This document shows positions 1 through 12,604 of a stretch of 64,000 nt of DNA, piece by piece. The stretch is from Octopus sinensis. Lineage: Eukaryota. The translations under genes were made by a program, and so were the position numbers. Each line of letters opens with the position of its first letter. Positions within the stretch are counted from its first letter, which is position 1. The notes under the pieces were generated by a model. The model saw only the letters and a program-made list of their open reading frames with translations. It was not told the DNA's origin and searched no databases. Location: the NCBI RefSeq assembly GCF_006345805.1, contig NC_043009.1, positions 30,752,001-30,816,000 of the forward strand, written 5' to 3'.

Positions 1-1
1 T

Positions 2-1150
2 CTATCAATCTTTGGAAACTCCCTCTCTCAATACATAAAAGAGAATTGGAAACGATTCCTAGACGATTGTTTCATTCTCTGGAATGAAAACATAGATAAA
101 CTCCTAAAATTTAAAAACCTATTGAACAGCATAAACCCAAATATACAGTTCACAATGGAATACAACCAAAAGGAGCTCCCGTTCTTGGATATACTAATTA
201 AAAAAATTAACCTTAAAATAGAAACAGACATTTTTTACAAAGCCACAGACGCCAAACAATACCTTCTTTTTAATTCATGCCACCCAAGACACACTAAAAC
301 AAACATCCCCTTCAACCTTGCAAGAAGGATATGCACAATAGTGTCAGAACAAAATACCAGGAACTTTAGACTGCAAGAACTCAAAAACACCCTAATTGAC
401 AGACATTACCCAGCTCAACTCATAGAGATGGGATCAGACGTGCAACAGAAATCAACATAGAAACTTTAAGAAAAGTTCAACACAACAACACACCTTCCCC
501 GAAAATACTACCTACATATCTACATACAACCCCAGAAACAAAGAAGCCTTCACCATCATCACCCAGAATTTACCAATACTTCATAAAAACCCAAAATTAA
601 AGGAAATTCTAAACATACACCAAATCATTAAAAGCTACAAACAGCCTAAATCACTTAAAAAGATTCTCACAAAGGCAAAATTGTCTTCTAAAATACGGAT
701 GCAAAAGTAAAAAAATGTGGTAGATCGAACTGTGCAACATGTCCTAACCTCTGGAAGGATCAGAATTCCTCTTAAAGAGGGACAAAATAAGATCAAATCT
801 AACTTTACTTGTGCCTCTGAAAACATAATTTATGTTATTAAATGCTCGGGCTGCCACCAAGACTACGTGGGTTCCACGGGACTATCACTCAGGCGCAGAT
901 GCACACTACATCGACAACAGATTGCATTCCCAGATATAGAATGATACCTTTTAGTGAGCACATTGAGAAATGCGCAAAGCAACTACTGCCACAATTTTTA
1001 ATCTTCCCATTTTACCAATGTGCTTTCGGATCATCAACACAAATGAGACTGAACAAGGAAACATTCTTCATTGAAACAACCCAGACTCAACCATCCGAAC
1101 ATACTGACACAGAGAAATTAACAAGGAAATGCAAAAAAAAAATTTTTTAA
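2..1150 (+). pseudogene. Disrupted PLE RT/GIY-YIG endonuclease ORF
   Basis: ORF-track pieces 122-460, 717-944 and 842-1150 join into one RT-linker-EN protein if about four indels are allowed. Confidence 0.9.
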
Positions 1151-1257
1151 GCGATTATCTCCCCTACACCGGAAAAAATCACTCACTACCTCCCCTTTTT
1201 AGAAATCTCCTGGAAATAAAAACAACGATAATTCATGCAATATAAACATAACGTCAC

Positions 1258-1297
1258 AAGAAATTTGAAAAGCTACACGCGAAACCGGTAATTTCTT
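1258..1297 (+). ncRNA. Decayed minimal type I hammerhead ribozyme at PLE 3' end
   Basis: Stem I aagaaat/atttctt; core ttgaaaa (CUGAnGA with two changes); short stem II; GAAAC-CG-GUA with palindromic ACCGGT stem III. Confidence 0.65.
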
Positions 1298-1475
1298 TAA
1301 AAATTTTTAAATTATGTCATTTTAAGGAAGGAAAAAAAATTTTTCCAATATTCTCCAGACATTTTGACACAAATATATATATTTTTTTAACATTTAAGCC
1401 TTCTGTCGTTTTTTTCACACTTTACTATTTTCTTATATATATATATATATGATATATATATACGTTTTTATATAT

Positions 1476-1624
1476 ATACGTTATTTACATATTTGTCCCC
1501 ATCTTGTTAACACGTTTCGGCCTTCATCCGGTATCTTGGGGAAATTTCGAACCTGGGTTCTCATTCCTAAGGTATTTTTCGATGATGTTGTTACTATTAT
1601 TATTATTATTATTATTATATTATT

Positions 1625-1661
<37 letters not shown>

Positions 1662-1750
1662 TTCAGATCACTGCCTGGAATCGAACTCGGAATCTTGGGG
1701 TTAGTCACCCGCACTCTTAACCACTATGCCATCTCTTAAATATAGAACTA
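1476..1750 (-). mobile_element. tRNA-head SINE with PLE-type HHR tail (family H), plus short inverted tail piece
   Basis: Minus strand: ggcatagtggttaag..gttcgattcc (A/B boxes), then (ATT)n(AAT)n, then aacatcatcgaaaaataccttagg..ccggatgaaggccgaaacgtg. The tail end atctcttaaatatagaact follows in the opposite orientation at ~1731-1749. Confidence 0.8.
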
Positions 1751-3915
1751 TGTAGATATTATGTACATACACACACAGAGAGAAAGAGAGAGAGAGAGAG
1801 AGAGATAATTATTTCTGAAACTGGAACAAAGCAAAATATATGCGAAAGAGAACATTGGACATCATCATCATCACTTAGTTGTTTATCTGCCAATATTTTC
1901 ATCAAGAAGCTACTTTGTCAAATTAAATGTTCACACCCAATCTTATCTGACTGAACAAATGAAAGCTCCACATCCTTCCCCATTTGCCCCTTATCATTCA
2001 TTCACTGCAGCATAACCTTGCACAAAATGAAATAGAGATTAGCAAAGGTTTTTACAACGCTATTTTCAGTCACTTCTGTGGTTTTACAAAATATTTTACA
2101 ATTATAACGAACGAACATATTATTATACAAGTATCATTATATTATTATTATAGCGAATTTGGTCATTGAAGTGCAGTCATGCTGGGAAACTGCCTTCATT
2201 TGCATATTTGTATTAAAGAACGATGAAATTTAAATTTACAACTAAATGACTTTTGTATGTTTTGAACCTGATTAGGTAATGATTTCCTTTCTCTAATACC
2301 ATAATTGAGAATATTATCAAGAAAGTTGACTTTAATCATTTATTTTCTCATTTTAATGAGCTGTCACGCTGTTTTCTAAAATATTTTCAAAGTTTACTTC
2401 CCCACAGTGTGGACCGTTCTTCGTTATTTTACCATCTTATAGAACTAATTTCTGTTCAGCTCTTGCAGGCAACAAAATACAAAAATGGCGAGAATGTTCT
2501 TCAAATGATTACCTCTGGTTTACAAGTACATATTCATTAAAATATGCACCTATCCTTAACCTTTACATTTTTCCTATATTTTTTCTATGGTTTAGCCATT
2601 TTATTCCATAGATATCTTCGCAAATAGGGATGCTTCAGAAATACTGGATGTCTAGCTAATAGAGATGGAAATTCTTTACATCACAAAATGCAAGATAAAC
2701 TACACAAAGCAGTAAACACTATTTTTTCCCCATTATGTGAAACAATATTTATTTAGATCATCCTTGTTCCGCCTCATGTTGATGAAATATAACAAAAAAT
2801 CAATGTTCGTGGATAAATTGAATAATTCTAAACATAAAACAATAAAACATATGAAACCGAGTTAGACAGAAAGTAATACACAGGTTCAGTGGATTCAGTT
2901 TTCCAGGTGACGTACCTTCAGATTACCGTAATTAATTGATTGTCCTAAATATTAAAAATATGATTTAATATCGTGGCTAAGACATTACAATGGGTCTAGT
3001 TGTAAAGACACCAGTTAAGGAAGTTTTGCTGAGTCTATGGAGTAACACCTTATTCACCACTAATCGCGGGTCCACTATGATCTAGGGTTGTACTATCTAC
3101 CAAGATACCCAGTTATGGATTAAGTTGTTTGAGATAGTCTTGTAGCTAAGGCGGAGAAGAGCATTTGCGAGACAAATATCACACAGGCCTTTGGATAAAG
3201 GTTTAATTGGTCCTTTGCCTCATGTGTGTACTCCAGAGAGCAAAAGATCAGCAAACCAAAATGCAAATAAATCGGCAAAAGGCAACGGAATCCGCTGCTG
3301 TATCTTTACCAAGAAAAATTATAGATCTTTTCTTCTGGGTATGGTCACTTGAATAAATAATGATCTCTATAAATTGTATTACCTGTATCCATTTGTGAAA
3401 TGGAAGTATGTAAGGCATGAAGTAAAAAAGTTCTTTTACCTATTAGTCATCAAAGAAAGTAGTACCTATGGTAGTTTACAACGCCTTCAAGAATTGTGGA
3501 AGTGAGAGAGAAAGATACCCTTAAATCAGAAAATTGGTCCCAATTTTTGTAACAAAACTAACTGCATTAAGTGAATCCTAGATGCAGGTAGTGGTACTGA
3601 ACATGGTAAGTTTGATTCCAACACTCTGGTAGGCTGTGAGAGGATTGGAATCCAGAGATCGAAGATCCAGAAAAATATTGTATGTTATTGCGTTCGATGT
3701 TCTTATATCTCCTTTATTCCACTCTCCTGGATTGATACATTTTGTACTGATCCCAAAATGATAAAAGGCAAATCTGACTCCTGTGAGATATTTCCGTTCA
3801 GTATTCAGAGAGGAATAATGAATACTGTGAGTTATTGTATTCTGATATATGAACCAACTCAACAAGTATGGCGTAAGAAATATTTAAATTGTTTTTTAAA
3901 AAGTAACAATGCTAC

Positions 3916-4308
3916 ACATTATTTACATTTGATGGATATTTGTTCTCATCTTGTTTGTTGTTAACACAACGTTTTGGCTGGTATCCCCCCCCCCCCAGCT
4001 TTCATCAGGTGTCTTGGGGAAATTTTGAAGCTGGGTTATTCATGTCACTGCCTGGAATCGAACTCGGAATCTTGGGATTAGTAGCCTGTGCGTTTAACCA
4101 CTACGCCATATGCCCACAGGCATAATAATAATAACATCGAAAAATACCTTAGGAATTAGAAGCCAGATTTGAAATTTCCGCAAGACACCTAATGAAGGCT
4201 GGAGGGCATATCAGCAGAAACATTGTGTTAACAAGAAACAAGATGAGGACAAATATCGGTGAAATGTAAATAATGTGCATAATTCCTTATCTTTTAAATA
4301 TAGGACTG
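3916..4308. mobile_element. Family H SINE with two outward-facing inverted arms, each with a decayed HHR
   Basis: 3916-4045 is the reverse complement of ~4150-4275. The antisense tRNA head lies between them (4045-4107). HHR-like cores at ~3965-4012 (-) and 4184-4228 (+). Confidence 0.85.
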
Positions 4309-5575
4309 TGAAACAATGATACATTTAAAAATTATAATTTTCTAAAGTGTAATATTTCAATTAATATTGGATATAAGAAAGCATAAACTAATGGTGGTCT
4401 TATCTGATAAACTGTCACCAGCCGTTTAAGTTTTCAAGCTTCAAAGCTATTTTTGCCTAAGTTTCACCAATATTTCTTATGTGCTTCTCATTTGGATTGA
4501 ACTATGCTAGTTCATGATTCTGCCAGGCTATATTTCTCCGGATATATTTTATGATGGTAACTTGCAAATCCAGTGAGTTTTGAACACAATGGGTTAAGGC
4601 ATATTAAAAAAGAAAAAAACACCTTCATATACATGTATATTCTTACAGATCTTTTTGTAAATTATAGAGAGCAAGTATCGGGTCTTGCATTTTAAATATT
4701 ATCGCACTTTGTACACTAAGCATGTTATGTCAGTGATATCAGTAAAGATAATAATATTAACAGAGACAACGATGACGACGATGTTGACATCAAAGATTAT
4801 GCATGTGGATTAACCTAGGCTTACACTTTTTATTATCCTAATTCTTATTTTGACGTAATGGATAACCGGAAATCCTGTCTAGTTTTAGTAGCATTAGCAA
4901 TAACGATGTTGAAGGTGAAAATAGCTGTTGTGTTTGAAAATGTGAAAGCAGAGCGAAGGCAGTTTTAGTTGTCGATGGAGGAGGTGTTGATGGTTGTTGT
5001 GATGACGGTGCTAGGGATGGTGGTTAAGCTTTTTTGTGACATGATGGCGCAGGTGGTTCAGGGTGGGGATCGCAATTCAGAACAGAGATTATAATAAATA
5101 GACAGGAAGTTCATTTTACATGACGAGAAAGAATTCAATAGGTTTTTCAAAAAATCCTCAAAACCAACATATGTTGGAGTCCATTAAAAACTTCCTTTTA
5201 ATGACGATATGTTGTATTATATTTGAAGTATACACCACAGTCACAACTAGCAGCATAGATATTACTACCACCACCACCGTCAGCACAAATCACTGATATC
5301 ATCACCATCATCATAATCGTAAAGAAGATGTTGACGCATGCGTGTTTATGCATGTTCAGTTCTATATGTCTGCATGTGAATAAACTTACTAATGAGAACG
5401 GTTATGTTAGTTATGTTGGTATAGAGAAGTACGCCGGGGAGTGTGTGCGCGTGTGCGTGCCTGTGTTGGGTGTAGGAGTTCGATAAGCCTTTCAGAAGTT
5501 CGTTGTTTTAAATTAAATGTTCCCTAGTTCAGTCCCACACTGCGTCAATTGGAGCAATTGCTTTTTACCGATAAC

Positions 5576-5946
5576 CGCAATGGCCCAGTGGTTAGGGCAG
5601 CGGACACGCGGTCATAGGATCGCGGTTTCGATTCCCAGACCGGGCGTTGTGAGTGTTTATTGAGCGAAAACACCTAAAGCTCCACGATGCTCCGGCAGGG
5701 GATGGTAGTGATCCCAGCTGTACTCTTTCACCACAACTTTCTCTCACTCTTACTTCCTGTTTCTGTTGTACCTGTATTTCAAAGGGCCGGCCTTGTCACT
5801 CTCTGTGTCACGCTGAATATCCCCGAGAACTACGTTAAGGGTACACGTGTCTGTGGAGTGCTTACACGTTAATTTCACGAGCAGGCTGTTCCGTTGATTC
5901 GGATCAACCGGAACCCTCGTCGTCGTAACCGACGGAGTGCTTCCAT
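5576..5946 (+). mobile_element. tRNA-derived SINE family A (young copy)
   Basis: A-box tggcccagtgg, B-box ggtttcgattcc, tail tcgtcgtcgtaaccgacggagtgcttcca. Near-identical to 62806-63194. Confidence 0.9.
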
Positions 5947-8112
5947 ATCCCATTAATATATATATATATTATACACGTCTATATATTTGTATATATATAT
6001 ATAGATGTCTATATATATGTATACACATGTACATATATATATATACATAAACATACATATACACATGTCTGTGTATGAATAAATATACCTTTATACATAC
6101 ATATATGTATATATAATCAGCATATTTAAGAGAATTCCATGAATAAATTTAACTGTATTTGTTTTACGTATAACTTCACATAAAACGGAACATTAAGATA
6201 GATATTTTTGCATGTATGTACTACGGAGAGAGTGAGGGAGAGAATAATGTTGTAAACATTTGCTGTTAATATATCTTTCCTGAACTTCACGCCGAATGTG
6301 CTGTAAATGAAATGCACATACCTGGAGTTACGAGAACGTAATCCAAATGGAAATATACCCTGGAAGTCGAATCGAATAATTAAATGAAACCTCATAAATT
6401 CAATTTCCTGGCTGTCCCTGCTAAATTTATTTACACACATGAGAAAATTTGATTGTCGGTCATACTTAATGACCTGAGAACTGTGCAGTAGTATGGAAAC
6501 AGCATGATGCTTCATTTGGAATATTTGACTCTGTTCACACTACAACTGCCACAAACTTGGGCATTTTGGCACTTCCCCAAAAAGGAAAACTATATTACTA
6601 CACTGCATTTCTAGAGTTTTAAGTGAAAGGGGAAGAAATAGTCACGCTTCTTTCGTTACGTTTAAAAATATTTATTAATCTTGCTTAATGTGAATGGGCG
6701 AAAGAGATGCGTAGCTGTTTAGTATTTTGTTGCACTTCGGTGTTCGAATCCACCAAAAGTTGATAGTTTTCAGTAAACACACACCTCACACCAGTGTCTA
6801 TAAAATAACCAGCAGTTAAATACTGCAGTCAATGTAACTGTTCATATCCTTCCCTTGAGTTCGAGTACTTTTTACCTATGCTAGAAATGAATCCTAGGTC
6901 ATCTAAAGGAGGTTATCTGGGAAACGTGTAGACCAATTAATTTTCTCATATTTATTTGCCTCCCTTTACATTCCGACCTTGAAATCTGTCAGTGTGAAAT
7001 TTGCCCTTCATCTGCCCAAAATAGATAAAATACGCGTTATTGAAGTACTAGAGATGTTTTAATAACCAGTTTTCTCTATCGAAATGTTAGTCCCCCTCTA
7101 CAGAGCTTAGAAACATTAATATTCTATCATTTCAGAATACACATTTCAAACTGCAGACAAAATGTCTGTTGTGTTCAGTTTGTGCAAAAGTGCTCTTCAC
7201 AATTAATTAATATTTATAATGTTTACCAGACTATCATTTATGCATATTTTACAGTTATTACAAAGCTTAAGTTTAGAAAATGAATTAGTAATACGGAAGA
7301 AAAATGATTGCAATTATAGGTCACATGTGTATATATTAAGTAATGAATTTCCTCTTGTTGGCACAACAAGTGTGACAATTATTGAAAATATTGTCTATGT
7401 AGACAGAACAGCGATATATAGCCACCATCTTGGTGTCAAATTTTGTGTAATATTTATTTTCCATTACTGCTGTATTATCATGATACTTTATTTGTCTCAA
7501 TTCACCACAATGATAGCCGATATAATCTAAATGACAATAAATTATATGTCTATCTGGCTAAGTGTAAGTTACAGACAGAGAACTAGACTTAAAACGTTGT
7601 TCGCCTGGTCGACCAAACTGTAAATATATTGCATCCTATATCATTCAGTAACGAGACGAGAACTGTATAATAAACGAGTGACCATGAGCCAAAACCGCTT
7701 TTATGATCCGGAAGAAGATAATTATAATCTTTTTCAGAGAATTGTGTCCTATAAATTAGATACAAGGTTCACCATATAGAGAGCCCAAAGTAGATGTAGA
7801 ATTTAATACTGTGTTAGTCTATCGAGAAAATAAGGTTTTAAGATACAGGATTATTACTGTACAGGTTCACTGAAGGAATACGGTGTTGGCTTAGTACAGT
7901 TATGCACAGCATGTTTATCGGCTTAACAGACTACAGACTTCACAGGGTAATACAGGAGAGTGTGGCTTACCGTAAAAATAGAGTGAAGATTTTACAGGCG
8001 TGGCACAAGAGGTAACCTCAAACTAATTACTACCTAACTTCTGAGTTGGTCTATCCTGGCAATGCTGAGATTATTTATTACGGTAATAGAATGTTAATAT
8101 TACAAACATATA

Positions 8113-8285
8113 AGCTGGCAAGCAGGCATAGTTGTTAGCAGGTCGGGAAAATGTTTAGAGTATTTCGTCCATCCTTACGTTCTAAATTCAATTCCGCCTA
8201 AGTCAACTTTGTGCTTCATCCTTTCGGAGTTGATAAAATAAATGCCAGTTGAGCACTGGGGTCGATGTAATTGGCTTACCAGCTC
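8113..8285 (+). mobile_element. tRNA-derived SINE family C (old copy)
   Basis: ttcaattccgcc..gtcaactttgtgcttcatcctttcggagttgataaaataa..ccagttgagcactggggtcgat matches the younger copies at 34748 and 38359. Confidence 0.75.
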
Positions 8286-8291
8286 TCCTGG

Positions 8292-8350
8292 TAAGGTATT
8301 TTTCGATATTATTATTATTCATGTCACTGCCTCGCTATATGCCCGTAGGC

Positions 8351-8421
<71 letters not shown>

Positions 8422-8624
8422 TAATAATAATAATAATAATAACAACAACAACATCGAAAAATACCTTAGGAATGAGAAACCAGGTTCGAAATTTCCCAAG
8501 ACACCTGAAGAAGGCTGGAGGGTATATCAGACGAAATGTTGTGTTAACAATAAACAAGATGAGGACAAATATCCATCAAATGTAAATAACGTACATAATT
8601 CCTCATCTCTTAAATATCGAACTG
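8292..8624 (+). mobile_element. Family H element: short inverted arm, deleted tRNA head, long (AAT)n, HHR tail
   Basis: taaggtatttttcgat (8292) is inverted relative to atcgaaaaataccttagg (8454). HHR-like gacac-CTGAAGA-aggctg..cagac-GAAAtgtt-gtgtt at 8500-8545. Confidence 0.8.
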
Positions 8625-8653
8625 TATTATTGTACAATGTTGTATTCTACATC

Positions 8654-9020
8654 TACGAAGGCGGGCTGTAAACTTCATCGCCTAAATATTAGGGAATGAT
8701 GCTAGAGCTGTGAAATCCAGCATGCATTATGTTCATCTCTTCTTAATAACTTATTAATAATATGATGTGCTAATTCTTAACGTTCGCTTCATAGCAGTGG
8801 TAGTTGTTTCAGTCAACAGACTAGTTTTCTTCTTGCATAAAATGTGCAATTCCTTTTGGCACCAAAATTAATTTGGATAAGAAACTTAATTTGTACTAAG
8901 CCTCTTTAGAATGTTTTTGCAATCAGTGAGAAATATGAACAACTGATAAGGATTTCCTGACTTTTAGTGCATTGAATAGATGCTACACACAGTGATTACG
9001 TCAACTGACGAACAGTAAGG
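8654..9020 (+). mobile_element. Possible mariner-type non-autonomous element, 5' part
   Basis: TA followed by cgaaggcgggctgtaaacttcat resembles mariner TIRs (recalled pattern). Right TIR not found. Confidence 0.3.
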
Positions 9021-9074
9021 CTTTAGTAACCTATCTTAATATGAGACAAGAGAGACTGTATCAATATTTTGTAA

Positions 9075-9180
9075 AGGCGTGTGGGCTAGTGGTTAGGATA
9101 TTGGACTCACGATCGTTAGATTGTGAGCTCTATTCTGAAACCGGGCGGTGCGTTGTGTTCTTGAACAAAACACTTCATAA
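9075..9180 (+). mobile_element. Truncated tRNA-SINE head (family A-related)
   Basis: ggctagtggttagg..ccgggcggtgcgttgtgttcttgaacaaaacacttca resembles the heads at 27708 and 41743. Confidence 0.6.
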
Positions 9181-9320
9181 CTAACAATGAACACTATAAT
9201 CAGACGCAGAAGTAAAATGAAAACCAATCTTTAGGACACCAAAACGGTACTGTAGGGGGCTATGATATACATAGAATTTAAAGCAGATTCTTTGTGATTG
9301 TCTTCAGCATGTTCATAGTA

Positions 9321-9700
9321 AGGCGTAGATATGGCTCTGTGGTTATGAAGCTCACTTTGCAGCAACGAGGTTTTGAGTCCAGTACCCCAGCATGGCACCT
9401 TGGAAAAGTGTCTTCTACTATAGCCCCGGGGGCCAATCAATGCCTCATGAGTGAATTCGGTTTAGAAAAATTTTGTGGAAGCTTGCTGCACATACATACA
9501 TATGTGTGTGTCTTTGTATTTGAACTTGTCTCTCACCACAGCTAGAAAATAGATGCTAGTTTGTTTAGAATCCTGTAACTTTAGCGGTTCGGCAAAAAGG
9601 GGTCCACAGATTAAGTACCGGGCTGGGGTTAGTTCCTCTAAAAGACTTCAAAGTCGTGCCCCAGTATGGCCGTATTCCAAGGACTGAAACAGATAAAAAC
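9321..9700 (+). mobile_element. CORE-type tRNA SINE family B (diverged)
   Basis: gcaccttggaaaagtgtcttctactatagcc core and cagtatggccg..gactgaaaca tail, as in 14904 and 54266. Confidence 0.75.
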
Positions 9701-11571
9701 AAACATGCTCTGATTAGCTGTTTTCTAGCTCTTCCATATTCCCTTGTTTTCCCTTTATGTCTAGAATAGTGTGGAATGTTTTCAAAATCTTTTCCATGTT
9801 TAAAGTAGAAATAAGAGTTTGTCGTAAATTTGAAATAAAATATAAAGGAAGATACAAATCTAAGCACAATTTGAACGCGAGACTAATTGGATGGGAATGA
9901 AGTACTGTAACCTCCAAGCAAGTGTGTCTCTAAACAAGATCGCTTTTAATAGACTTTCAAAAACAGACACACATTATTGGCAAGAAGAAGAAACATAATA
10001 TTCAACAAAGCTGATCTAATTTCCTTCTCTCCAAACTAACCCAACACAAATATTAGTCAAGTGAAGATAGACAAACAGTATGTTTGTCTAAAATATAAAT
10101 AAAGTATAACATATCGAACATTAAGCGTTACACATTGTCTGCTAGGAAATAGAACATGAAAGTGTATAAAAGATTACATACAAAAGAAAGTTGAGATTAT
10201 CAACAAGCTACATCAACCTTCTCAATAGATTTACTGAATTATTCACTTCTCGGAACAGCGACAAAATACTAAAAAAAAATGTGTCAATAGAAAACGAATC
10301 TACTGCCTACATGACCGCTGCTGTTATCATGATGTATTGCTTAGAAATAAACTTATGGAGGACAAGGACTGACCAGTTATAGATATCAAATGTTTTGTTG
10401 AGAATCATTCGGAGTAAGTAGTAGTGATTTGTAAGTCGAGAAGTTATGCCTCAGATGGAGAATATTCTTGTAACGTTCAACAAGTAAGACTAAAATACAT
10501 ACCAAATTTTCACGCGTCTCGTTTCCAAGGTGATTATCAAAATCGATTGTAAAATGAAAACTGAGATTTCGGATGGATTTTCGTATGAACACTGGAGTTT
10601 TTTTTTTCTCTCCGAAGTCAGTAGAAAAAAAGGAACCAAACAACTTCTGAGTATGATACAGTTGTTTATACTTAAACAGGAGTAAGTCCATAATCAATGT
10701 TACCTGCTTTCATATAGTACACTAACTGGATGCAGACTACTGTTCTTACATCTAGATGTTGTTGATTATGATGATGATGTTTATGGACACAAGCCAGTCT
10801 TGCTGGAGTAGAGGAGTTACGTTCAAATATGTTCCAATCGTAGTTATCCTTTTTTTTTAATATGTCGAACTCTTTATGTCACATGTAGCATACTGTCATA
10901 CATATATATGGATTCAGTCCTTCTTCATATAAACCTAAGAATATCCTGCATTCAATGTATAAGGGCCTTAATTGATAAGGATAACAACCTTATTATTATA
11001 TTCAGCATGAAAGAATGTTCTATGGTTTTCTATAAGTGGTCAACCTAATCTTATCCCTCCACACCTCCAGTAAAATATGGCTTCATTAGTGTTATGTTGT
11101 AAGGAAGCATTAAGGCAAAAGACATTGCTTCTCATTGTCTTGGCATATATTTACAATTGTTTTAATCATATTCGACTGCACTTAACTATACCTTCTTAAT
11201 GCAGAATACACTCCCAAATAAATTTACACAAAATTTAACCCTTCAACATTCAGATTACTCTGTCGAGTGTAATTGTTAGTTATTCACATTATTTTGAATT
11301 AATCCTGCATTATCTTGTCGCTTTGAGATCTCAATGATGTGATTGTTTATCTTTAGAATTACGTTATAAATGTGGAAGGGGCCTGATCTGGTCAGTTTAA
11401 ACAAAACAGGGCTAAAACATTTGGGTCTGATATTGTCGGTTTGTACACTAGAGTGTTAATCAATATTGTGCTATGTGGGGACTTAATCATTAGTCACTTT
11501 ACATTTCAAAATTCCTTCCCTTGCTCCTATTGAGAATAGTTGTCATTATTCCATCTCACAGTAGGATTCTT

Positions 11572-11970
11572 TTTATTATTTACTTATTTCAGTCTTTGGA
11601 CTACGGCCATGCTGGAGTACTACCTTGAAAGGTTTAGTTGAACAAATCGACATCAGTACTTAGATTTGATCCAGCGACTTATTTAATCGGTCACTTTTTA
11701 TCGAACCGCTAAACGACAGGGTCGTTAACTAACCAACACTGGTTGCTAATCTGTGGTGGTGGTGGTGGTGGTGTGGTGGGTCAAACACCCACATACATAT
11801 ACATGGATATATACGACGTTCTTCTCTCAGTTTCCGTCTATCGAATCCATTCACTCCAAAGGTTTGAGTCGAAGCGGGACTATAGTGGGAGACATTTGCC
11901 CAAAGTGCCGCACAGTGGAACTCAACCAATAACCTCATAGTGTAGAAGTAAATTTCTTATCATAAAGCTA
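11572..11970 (-). mobile_element. CORE-type SINE family B
   Basis: Reverse complement of the family B consensus (tagtgggagacatttgcccaaagtgccg; ccatgctggagtactacc). Confidence 0.8.
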
Positions 11971-12521
11971 CACCTGGGACTACAGTTATTGGCACTTTCG
12001 CAATTCACCCAGAAGATACGATTGTGAAATTTCCAATTCGCTCCCACTCTTCCTCTCTCTCATCCCTCGCCATTCTTTATCTCTCCTCGCTTAGTAGTTT
12101 TGTGTGTCAATATATATATCCGTGCCTTTGTGTATATATGTTTGTGTCTAGTTTCACTGGTACATTAAGTATTCATTTGCATGAGATTTTAAATAAATAT
12201 TCAAGTTAAATCTTAGTAGAAATTATCTTATTTTATTCTCAAATTTTTTATTCAAAAGCAGAATATCTGTCTTAGAATGCTGGACAGTTATTTGTTCTCA
12301 GACATTTCTCCAGAGAGGATTTCTTCTCTGAAACTCGAGATCTTTTTCAATGCACCTGTTATTAGACACTTTCTAACGCTCCTGTTATTTTCACTTGTTT
12401 AAGTTTTGTCTGAGGAAAAACTTTCCAAAACACAGAAACAGATGTTTAACTTTGATGTTCTGACACCATAGAAGTTTCTTTCGGATCGCCTTTCACTATC
12501 ATAGAAACACATGAGTACAAG

Positions 12522-12556
12522 CTCTCCCTCTCTCTCTCTTTCTCTCTCTCTCTCTC

Positions 12557-12602
<46 letters not shown>
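12522..12602. repeat. (CT)n microsatellite
   Basis: Direct observation. Confidence 0.95.

Positions 12603-12604
<2 letters not shown>

Larger units (their letters stand above)
1..1300 (+). mobile_element. Penelope-like retroelement (PLE), 3' half, frameshifted; Cys-rich linker suggests Neptune type
   Basis: Frame +2 reads WKRFLDDCF (RT catalytic motif, 47-73) then FLD..YLLFNSCHP (PLE RT thumb). Linker has YNP..KQPKSLKKILTKAK and CGRSNCATC (716-742). GIY-YIG motif NIIYVIKCSGCHQDYVGST at 822-878. Several frameshifts. Runs off the window start. Confidence 0.93.

Noticed and set aside
6331-6368. 38-nt minus-strand micro-exon candidate (ccag acceptor, CAG|gtatgt donor); similar candidates near 10500-10560 and 20638-20659
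   Set aside because: Splice-like signals only; no recognisable peptide or linkage to other exons.
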